Origin: Octopus vulgaris
Taxonomy: Eukaryota
Assembly (NCBI GenBank): GCA_951406725.2
Contig: OX597820.1
Location: 11,284,001-11,348,000 of the forward strand
DNA: 64,000 bases
Direction: 5' to 3'
The position numbers and the translations under genes were made by a program. How positions within the stretch are numbered: position 1 is the stretch's first letter; every line of letters begins with the position of its first letter. The notes under the pieces are model-generated. The model had not been told where the DNA came from and did no database searches. It saw nothing but the letters and a program-made list of their open reading frames with translations. Shown in pieces: positions 54,436 through 64,000 of this stretch.

Positions 54436-54816
54436 ATTCAATTGAAAAACTATAAACCATTACAATTAAAACCATGTATTGTTCTCACTAATTATCGTAT
54501 TAAGCTATTTCTTCACACACATTTTTCAATGTACGAATAATAAAAAGCTCAATTTATGGAATCTGGTGCACACATGTGAAATCACCACGTTTTATTATTT
54601 TTTTGTTTTTGGTTCTGGTTTTTTGCTTTTTTTATATTTTTTTCTGCCTTTTGAGTGTCTGATTTTAATCGAGTGATTCTTTGTCGATTCAATGTGAGTC
54701 TGCAAAAAGAAATGCGATGATTACATAGAATTTTAATTACGTGACGGTGGCGGTAGTGGTGGAGATGATAATGATCATTATAATGATAATGATGATGATA
54801 ACTGTGATGACAATGA

Positions 54817-54847
<31 letters not shown>

Positions 54848-54859
54848 GGTGATGTTGAT

Positions 54860-54912
<53 letters not shown>

Positions 54913-55014
54913 ATATTAATTAGAGACAAAGCCACTATTTTGCAAATCAAACAAAGAAAGACTTAATCCAATACATAAAAAAATTTTAATATAAATTAAA
55001 TAAAAATATATTCG

Positions 55015-55060
55015 CCACTACAATTGTTTCATGTCTCTTCTCAGGACATTCATCAGGTGG
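55015..55060 (-). ncRNA. Canonical type I hammerhead ribozyme motif in inverted-repeat element 54905-55238
   Basis: - strand CCAC CUGAUGA AUGUC cugagaaga GACAU GAA AC aauu GU A^ GUGG; intact core and palindromic stem III. Confidence 0.88.
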
Positions 55061-55232
55061 ATTTCAGATCTTCTATTTTATTTTAAGTTATGTATTGGAT
55101 TAAGTCTTTCTTTGTTTGATTTGCAAAATAGTGGTTTTGTCTCTAATTAATATTATATAATATTTTACTATAAAATTGGATTCAATCCTAAATCTGATTT
55201 TCCCTGTAAATTTGGATTTATTCCCTAATATT

Positions 55233-55334
<102 letters not shown>

Positions 55335-56239
55335 GAGAATGTTACTTGAAGAAAAAAAAGGTCTTGTATGTCATTGAAATTAATAAAATCTGAAATCTTC
55401 TGGAATGCACCTTGTATTTCTTGTGTGGGAAATTCTGTTCACAGACGACCATTGCTGGTTATCTCCCTGGTTGTCTTGCCTGCCACTAGAATCTAATCAT
55501 GATTAGCTTGTCTTTTGTTAGTATGTTATCATTCCGGTATGGCATTATCGCAGAATCTGCAAAAGTTTTAAAGTACATCCGTGAAAGATAATACCCCAAA
55601 GGGGCTGCTTATAGACATGTTTAATAGATAACAAAATAGCAGTAAGCATCTTTGAGCAAATCTCCTTGTGTACCTAACATCTAATTTACTGCAACCTAGA
55701 TTTTCAGTTAACAAGAGAAAGCTTGAGCAGGTTTTTTTTTATATACCGTAGCTTTTTGCATGAGAGCAGATTGCATGGAGGAAGTTGATCAAATGACAAG
55801 AAAATTACACAAGAATTTGCGTCAAAATTATCTTAAAAAAATAATAGATTTCTGTTCTTGAAGTACCAATATTTAATGTTAAGGACATTTATCTCTTCTG
55901 GCAGAAAATACCAAAGAAAACTTATGCATCAAAAACAGTAGGAAAAGGAAGAAAAAAAACAGTTTGTAAATTCAAAGAATCTGAAGATTGAATTATTATG
56001 CTGTGATGAATTTGATGATTAATTTTGATCGGCAGAAATGACATAAAATAAACGAGGATTCTTATGATAGCGGTATAAATATAAATACGGAGACACATCG
56101 ATACGCACGGGCAGACACACATATATTTCTGTATCACACACACATATACACACATACACACACGCTCATATATTTGTATATGTAGGTACAAATGTTTATA
56201 TAGATAGATCGATAGATAGATAGACAAACAGACATACAT

Positions 56240-56318
<79 letters not shown>

Positions 56319-58055
56319 TGTCTCTTTATTAGCCACTCAGGGCTGAACACAGAGGGGACAAATTACAAAGTAGAGCTTTTCTTTTTGGGGAGAAAAAAAA
56401 AGTGGGGTAGGTTTTCGATCAAAAGAAAGATCAATAGAGATCGTGTATCACCGAAATATCATGATGTAAAGTGTGAAGGGGGAAACAAATAAGGTTTATC
56501 CGTGGAAAGAAAAGCCTACGAAAAGACCTCGGTAACCTCGGTTAAATTATGTCACGTGTTAACACATTTGTTTGCAAGTAAGTAACTCTCTGTTTTAAAT
56601 TATTCCGGGTTCATAGGATTATGCACGAGGTGGCTTCGTCATTCATACGTGCCATCATTGCTACATTCACCCATCTTTTTTTTAAACATTCGCAAGACAA
56701 AACTTGCCTCTCTACTCTCATTTTCCTTTTCAAGTGATCAAGTTGATGAAGGATTGACCAGAGAGGAAAGTGTTTGTCTCTAATCCTTTCAGATGCGTCC
56801 ACCAGATACATTCTTTCGCCATAGCCACAAATATGATGAAAATAGCTCTTCCTTCCCGTTTCAAGGAAGGAGGCGCGACAACGATACACTCGGTTGATAA
56901 ACCGACTCGTCCAACACGCGATAGCAGTCGTTCGACATAGGCCCACGTCGGAAATGGTTGGACACTGTACGAGTGCGTGCAGAACGGTCTCGTCACTCTG
57001 ACCGCATCTCGGGCAGGTCGGTCCCGTGTTTCTCGAGTCGTGTTTATTGAGCTTATCCCGAACGGGTAGCGCTTCTCGGTAGCACTCCCAGGCCAGGGAT
57101 CTCTGGAAGTTGCCCATATGTCCCGGGCCGAAAGTCGTCTTGAACAGGCGAGTTAGATATTCCTCATCGACGCCCAGGTTCACCCCGAGATCGCCGTCGT
57201 AACTCCCCTCCACTAATCCCCTATAGAATGTTTTGGTTGGGTTGAAGTCGCTCAAGGTCGACCTGGGAGGGCATAGTTGCTTGAGAGCAACGTGATACAC
57301 GCAGTGCCATTCACCCTTCCTCGGCCTCTTTTTGATCCACGACTGCAGATCGGTCATGGAGATGAGTTGCGGGAAAGCGCGCCTCACAAACGGCGACCAC
57401 ACCTGTTCACCGCCGTCTACGTAGAGCCGGAGATGTCGCAGTCTCAGCGCGTGTCTGCGCATCATCAACCACGGCATGCCCAGCCCTCCTTTCAACGGGT
57501 GTTGACAGCAAATGGATTGCCTGACCATCGGAACGCATTCTTTCCACAAGTAGCGGAAGAGAATGCGTTCTAGTTTGGTGATGGAAGGGTCGGAACAAGG
57601 CACGACGGTCAGGCGGTAGTAGATGATGGAAGCGATGTACACGTTCGCCATCTCCGCCCGACCTTTTAGGGACAGCTTCTGCTCGACCCATTGCCGGGCG
57701 AGACTGACCACCCTACTCGTTATCTCGTTCCAGTTCTTCTCCGTTTGGAGGTCCGGACCAAACGAGACCCAGAGCAACTTGACCGGACCTTCGATCCAGC
57801 GTCCCACGACAGAGGCGCTGGTGGACGGCATGGGCTTGCTTCTCCAGGTGCCTAGTTGCAAACCCACTGACTTTTCCCGGTTGATTTTTCACTCCTGTTA
57901 CCGCTTCGTAGTCTTTCAGTGTGCCCTCGACCAGCTCGATGTGCTTGTGGCTAGACACTATGACGGTGACATCGTCCGCGTACGCAGACACGCTCGTCTC
58001 GCATCCCAGTTCTCGCGGTATGGCCCACAGCGTCGCCAGCTTCTGCAGTAGTGGC
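56319..58055 (-). mobile_element. 5'-truncated L1/Tx1-clade LINE (RT C-terminal half, CCHC knuckle, 3' UTR) inside (GATA)n
   Basis: SAYADDVT, KLSLKGRA, KGGLGMP, CPRCGQSDETVLHALVQC; two frameshifts; GATA repeats on both flanks (56200-56317, 58056-58140). Confidence 0.93.
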
Positions 58056-58059
58056 TAGG

Positions 58060-58140
<81 letters not shown>

Positions 58141-58434
58141 GCATACATACACACAATTATCTATCTGTCACACGTGTGTGTGTTCGTGGCTTGATGGGTG
58201 TGTAGCATTCAGCTTTTCAATATGTCGTTATTTAAAAAGTTTCCAGCACGCCCATTCGTGACGTTTAATCCTAAGCGGGCGTTGTGGTGCATGTGTTTTG
58301 ATTGTCTCGCCCAAACAGCTGAAACGGGAAATGCTGGGTATATATACATAAATATACATACATGCATACATACATGTATACATATATATATATGAATGTG
58401 AGCCTGAGTGTGTATGCGAATACATGTGCATGGC

Positions 58435-58695
58435 TGTTTTTGCAATAAGCTTGTCCATTTTGGATGGCTTATTTCGCCCGGCCGCCATTACAGCTATGTC
58501 CATCATAGTGGTGGTGATTTTCTCTGAAAAGGAGCCGAGGTCATTGTCTGTGTGATGTCATTCTAAGGCTTCAAACTTGTTGCTAAGTACCAGCTGGACA
58601 TGTGTCGCCTTTGCCAGTAGCATCTCAGAGTTTGGCTTGTTTGGATGTTTGATTAGTCTAGCTCTTTCCAGCTTTATGTTCTCCTACATTATGCT
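58435..58695 (-). mobile_element. LINE ORF2 linker relic (RTE-like)
   Basis: - strand translation VQLVLSNKFEALE resembles the post-endonuclease LSNRFEAL motif. Confidence 0.45.
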
Positions 58696-58697
58696 TA

Positions 58698-58843
58698 GAT
58701 GTACGCGTTCGCCATCTCCACCCGACCTTTTAGGGACAGCTTCCTCTCGACCCATTGCCGGGCGAGACTGACCATCCTACTCGTTATCTCGTTCCAGTTC
58801 TTCTCCGTTTGGAGGTCCGGACCAAACGAGACCCAGAGCAACT
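58698..58843 (-). mobile_element. Second short fragment of the Tx1-like LINE
   Basis: Near-identical to 57634-57779 (gatgtac.cgttcgccatctcc.cccgacc...cagagcaact). Confidence 0.9.
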
Positions 58844-59214
58844 CGATAGATAGCACCTTAGACCACTATCAACCCCACCTACACACCACCCCAAAAAAAC
58901 CTGGCTTCAGACACGATTCTCTACCATTGATCACATTCAGGTTGTCAGTGAACAGCAAGAGAAGGCGAACTTTTAGCCCAGAGCTTTTGAGACATCGTTG
59001 GCTTTTACTTAGGCTCACTTCCTCTCTGTCAAGCATTGCAGGGGATTGGTCATGAAGCGATTTTTCTCTTTATTTCTTCTTCAGTAGCTTTTGTAACACA
59101 GTTTTCATCTTGTTTTTTTTTTTGTCTATTTGACCATTTCTGCTATGTTGTTGTTGTTGTTGTTACATTTTAAAAAATTGATAGACGTAACTCTTCGCAA
59201 AGGTAAACAGGCAA

Positions 59215-59450
59215 GACACTTTATTGTGTTACTTTGTAACACAAACCTCAATAATCTACAGAGAAAATTTGATGGAATATTTTTGTTTGACTGCTTTTCG
59301 AAGGCATCCATGCATGCTTCTACCCCTTCATCGTGGGCAATACTGGGATATAAGGAAGAAACATCTATGGTTACCAAAAAAACAGTTCTCGACACGGCCT
59401 CGGTGCTTAAAAAGGGTGTTGATTTTAGACACAAAATCAAAAGTATTCCG
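59215..59450 (-). pseudogene. Penelope-like reverse transcriptase fragment
   Basis: FLVTIDVSSLYPSIAHDEGVEAC...LLRFVLQSN, the PLE RT motif D(V)xSLYxxI. Confidence 0.85.
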
Positions 59451-59464
59451 AATATAGAAATGTT

Positions 59465-59810
59465 ATGATTTATACAGAAAGTGAGACGTGTAGAGATTCC
59501 CATTTGGTGTGAGCGGCAGATTGCACAAAACGCAACTAGATTTATGTTGGTTGTACAACAGAACAATTAAACAAAAGGTTTAATGGACACAGATTCGACG
59601 TCAGGCACAATAACAGTAATTCGACGGAACTTGCCGAACATTTCGTTTCAAACGGCTGCAATTTTGAAAAAGATTTGAAAGTGCATATTCTCAGAAAATA
59701 TTCTGAATCTACTTCACTTTCACTTCTCAGAATGCATGAGGAGAAATATGTTTGCGGGTTATTAACATCACGCCCTGAGGGAATATCAAATTTATACAAA
59801 ACTGTTTGAT
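59465..59810 (+). pseudogene. Penelope-like GIY-YIG endonuclease fragment
   Basis: My translation TCRDSHLV*AADC...IYVGCTTEQLNKRFNGHRFDVRH...ELAEHF...HEEKYVCGLLTSRPEGI. Confidence 0.85.
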
Positions 59811-60009
59811 TAAATATTCTTTTTCCTTTTCTTTTTGTCTTTCCTTTTTTTTCTGTTTTCTCTTTTTCTGTCTCTTTTTCTTTTCGCCTGTTATAAAATT
59901 GAAACTTAAAGACTGATGATGTCATTCTATCAACACTGGTTGCTCTCGTTCATACTTTAAATTTCTATAATTTTGAATTTTATGGTAGAGTACTTGCGCA
60001 AACTGAGAC

Positions 60010-60222
60010 TAATCCTGAAAGTATATACCGTATCAACAAGGGATCTGACTTGGGCTTCATCTTTACCATAAAGTTTGAGGTCATCCATGAATGACAAGTG
60101 GTTGACTTTTTGTTGGCGGCTTTTGAATACATATCCAGCCTTTGTTTTCCTCAGAATCAGTGTTAGTGGTATCATGCACAGTACAAATATCAGTGGGGAC
60201 AGGCAGTCCCCTTGGAAGACGC
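60010..60222 (-). pseudogene. R4/Dong-type LINE RT fragment
   Basis: VFQGDCLSPLIFVLCMIPLTLIL...VNHLSFMDDLKLYGK; a second R4-like piece (EKSLHDQ...KSQRCLKSSGLK) at 58960-59110. Confidence 0.8.
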
Positions 60223-60376
60223 CTCGTTATTGTTATCATTATTTATTCATATATGTATGTATATGCATAGGAAAATCAAAAGTATGGCATAGGAAAAAAC
60301 AGTAAAAAACAACGTCCTCGGTGAATATATTAGATTAATGTTCAGTGGTTGTTTTGGATGGAAAAACAGGAGTTGA

Positions 60377-60410
60377 AATGACGTTTCGAGCGTAGCTCTT
60401 CGTCGGAAAG
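60377..60410 (-). ncRNA. Minimal hammerhead-like motif (H1-related)
   Basis: CCGACGA A GAGC uac GCUC GAAAC GUC; stem I poorly paired. Confidence 0.5.
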
Positions 60411-60735
60411 AAGGAAACTCCAGCGAGGGAGAAGAGGAGAATGGAGAAGATAGCCCGGAAAAAAACACGTGTGTTGTTATATGGCCAAAAAGTAGCTGAT
60501 TGGGAGTTAAAGAGAGTCCCAAGAGACATCACATTTCATTGTTTTTCTTCGTATTCTGTTCTTTGTCATTTCGTATCAGCAGTTTGGGCGAGACCGTCTA
60601 AACACAGGCACCACAACGCCCTCTTACGATTAAAAGTCATGAATGGGTGTGTTGTAAAATTTTCAAGCCACACAGCCACACACACACGTGTGTGTATAAA
60701 AATACATAGCATACATACATAACATACTTACACAC

Positions 60736-60796
<61 letters not shown>

Positions 60797-60799
60797 CAA

Positions 60800-61220
60800 T
60801 AAAGCAGATGTATACGAAAAATTGCTCAATCGGACACCATTAATTCTCCCACGTAAACTCAATATCAAAACCATTACAGATGGACCCGAAACATAAAGAC
60901 TCCTCAGAGAAAGAATAGCACAGGAAAAAATGAAAATGGAAATAGAACTTCTAAAATTGAGGGCCCAGACGAATGAAGATAATGTAAAATCCATCGATGG
61001 AGTGGTCAACCAAGAAATTAGCAAAATGACCCAAGGCACTGATCAAGAGAAGATCTCCAAGCTATGGAAAAAGGATTGTGATAAAGAAGAACTGAAATCC
61101 CTCCAGCGCTGGGAGAAAGGCGCCTCTTCGTTCTCAAAATATGAAACCATCTTTCAAACAGAGCACGCTTCCAACAACCCTTTCCTGAAAATAAGAAAAT
61201 CAAAACAATACTCATACTGA
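60800..61220 (+). pseudogene. Probable TE-derived ORF fragment of unknown family
   Basis: Non-repetitive, coiled-coil-like reading frame (PLILPRKLNIK*...EKMKMEIELLKLR...KLWKKDCDKEELKSLQRW) with one stop, bounded by TA tracts. Confidence 0.4.
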
Positions 61221-61296
61221 AAAGTTTTTTCTAAAATTATTTTAGCATTTTCTACCTTCACTTTTTTCCATATATATGTGAGTGTGTGTATGTATG

Positions 61297-61395
<99 letters not shown>

Positions 61396-62039
61396 GTGTA
61401 TGTGTATGTGTATATATATATACATACATACATACATACATACATGCATACATAAAAAGATAGATATGCATGTTTTGTCTGAGACAACGATTCTTGGGAA
61501 GTGGAAAAAGGGATGTATAAGCAGAAACTGGATATATATATATATATATATATAAAGCGGATATATATATACACTTAAGCGGATTATATATATATATATA
61601 TGCATTCATATAAATATCTTATATGCATTCATATAAACATCTTATATCCTTTATATTTTACTTGTTCCAGTCACTAAACTGCGGCCATGCTGGGGCACTG
61701 CCTTGAAGAATTTTTAGTCGAATGAATCGAGCTCAGTCCTTCTTATCTAAGCCTATCGGTAATGTACGGAGACGAAACGAACCATCATCGGTTGTGAAGC
61801 GGTGGTAGGGGACAAACACACACACACATGAAGCCCGTCGTATATGTGTGTGTTTGTTCCCTTTTGTCTTTTCTTTTCTTTTGTTATATAATTGTTAAGT
61901 ATTTAATTTCTTTTATTTAGTTTGCAAGGTTCTTGATGTGAACACGAGCGTTGAAACACATTTTGTTGTCTCTTTGGAGGGTCATTATGCAAAAAATAAA
62001 CACACGCACTAATTCTATTTCACTGTGGTGATCTCATTC

Positions 62040-62390
62040 TCGTTCACAACATCATAAGCGGAAAGTGTAACCTCTCGAAAGAGCTGTTCTTCACTCCTGC
62101 TCCAGAGCGTCGGCTGCGGGGTCACTCCGAAAAGCTCTATCTGCGACGATTTCATCTCAATCGAAGGAGAGGGGCTTTCTCCGTCCGGGTTGCGGATCCG
62201 TGGAATAAGCTGCCGGACGAGATTGTGAAGATGCCGACGACCGCTCGGTTCAAAGTCTCTCTTGACCAGAAATGGCCTGAACTCTTTGCATGAACACCCT
62301 CCCTGTACTTAACTCCATGTCCCCCTACATGGCCTTGCTTTTTGAGCCAAAAAATTAACTTTACTTAACTTAAATTAACTTAACTTAACT
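62040..62390 (+). mobile_element. CR1-type LINE 3' end
   Basis: FSVRVADPWNKLPDEIVKMPTTARFKVSLD* and (ttaac)n tail. Confidence 0.8.
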
Positions 62391-62740
62391 ATTCATTAAC
62401 TGGTTAACTATTTCATCAATTAACTAAACGATCGTTTGATTAATCATTCGGTCAAGGTTTCTCAAGTCCTAGGTTTCTCAAAGTCCTTTCATCAGGATTA
62501 AGGACCTCATTAATGACATGCCTTCCCTATTCCAAATCAGCTACATGATCCTGTCGCGACATAATAAGATATTGCTGAATAAAGCTTGGTGCTAATCTCC
62601 ATTATTTTCACTGAGCAGATTTGCCGTATTGGGCAGCAAATGGCGGATTATGCAACTTTTCACAGAATCACGCGGCTATTTCTTCTAATATGAATATCAT
62701 TATTACTATTATTATTATTATTATTACTATTATTATTATT

Positions 62741-63222
62741 GAGTGAGAGAGAGCAGTTCATGCCATCAAAGTGACACTGGGGTAAAATATACGAAGCCCA
62801 ATATACCCATCATGACTACCCGTCTGATAAGGGTACACCAGGCACATGCATCACAACCATATGTGCGCCACATGGTGATCTCATATCAAGATAAACAGCA
62901 CATGCCCTTGCAGGGGGGGGGGGGGCAGTTAGAATTTTCTTCAGGTTGAGTAGCCCATCCCGCTCAAAAAGTCCCTGAATAAGGGTTGTTTAAGGATGTT
63001 GAAAGAACCACCCATGTTTCCAGAGGTGAATTATTCAAACCCCAAAGAATCCCTCTCAACACACCGTTATGATGCTCTCCCACTACTTTTGCTCGTGATC
63101 AGAGATGCGCATATCGTCAGCCACTAAGGGACATGCTCAACTGGTTACGGTCAAACAACTGACAAGCAAATCTGTGGTATTGAGCAGAATATTTGCTGTA
63201 GCCCATCTTTTATACCAAGACA
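62741..63222 (-). mobile_element. Non-autonomous retroelement inside (TTA)n
   Basis: Homologue of 10825-11336; TTA repeats on both flanks. Confidence 0.8.
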
Positions 63223-63223
63223 A

Positions 63224-63275
<52 letters not shown>

Positions 63276-63854
63276 GGGACATTTACGAAGTTTTTCGATC
63301 TTCAATTCATTACTTTTCTTATTTTGCTTCAAAATTATATTTTCGATATAATTGTCGAATCTGTACAATTTATAGGTAAATTAAATTAAAAATCGCTCTG
63401 CCTTAATGTTTGTTTTCTCTTGTATAATGAAAGAACAATTTTAAGATAGTGAACCTCGGTGGCGCTACAATTATTACGGAATTAAATGACTTCATGCAGT
63501 ACCTGACCCATGCACTTTACTAGAACGATGTTTAAAATGTCCCTGTAACGTGAAATTCCACGAAGTTTTATTTTCAATTGGAATTTATTACACTATTAGT
63601 CATTTATTGGTAGCTCCTACAGCGCTACCAATTAAATTTCATGTTCTGAATAAATTCTAGAAGTAATCATTATACATGCGTGTTTCTTTATAAATACAAT
63701 GAAAAATTTTCAATATTGTTAAAAATTAATTTCAAACTAGAACTGTTTGGCGACAGATTGGCTCAAGGGTTACGCTACGCTAAGAAGGGCTGTGGAAGAG
63801 CTTAATGGTAAAACGCTGCCTCAAAGATAATGGGGTGATCAAATTTTTAAGCTA

Positions 63855-64000
63855 TGATGATGATGATGGTGGTGGTGGTGGTGGTGGGGTTATGTGGCGG
63901 CGGCAGCAGCAGCAGCACTAGTAGTAGTGGTAGTAGCAGCAGCAGCAGAAGTAGTAGTGGTAGTAGTAGCAGCAGCAGCAGCAGAAGTAGTAGTAGTAGT
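63855..64000. repeat. Compound GAT/GGT/GCA/GTA trinucleotide repeats
   Basis: Directly visible. Confidence 0.9.

Noticed and set aside
59908-59940. Hammerhead after the GIY-YIG relic (gactgatgatgtc)
   Set aside because: Position is suggestive but the motif is truncated; no GAAA or stem III

Overview
AT-rich, repeat-saturated eukaryotic (animal) genomic DNA. The SINE families, microsatellite load and TE mix resemble octopus/cephalopod genomes (inference). No host protein-coding exon, rRNA or true tRNA gene can be supported; nearly all long ORFs in the track are microsatellite artefacts. The window holds a 3.7-kb (TATG)n array, several tRNA-derived SINE families, decayed LINEs (Tx1/L1, RTE, CR1, R4/Dong, Penelope-like), mariner/Tc1 remnants, MITEs and a non-autonomous Helitron. 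Three things stand out. (1) About ten short elements, mostly in or beside (TA)n tracts, carry type I hammerhead-ribozyme motifs from several unrelated sequence families (three fold fully), often within inverted repeats and near Penelope GIY-YIG/RT relics. (2) One SINE occurs as single-head multimers of a 184-bp unit bounded by target-site duplications, and its repeated tail matches the 3' end of a Tx1-like LINE in the same window. (3) Different retroelement classes appear to occupy different microsatellite types (TA, TAA, GATA).
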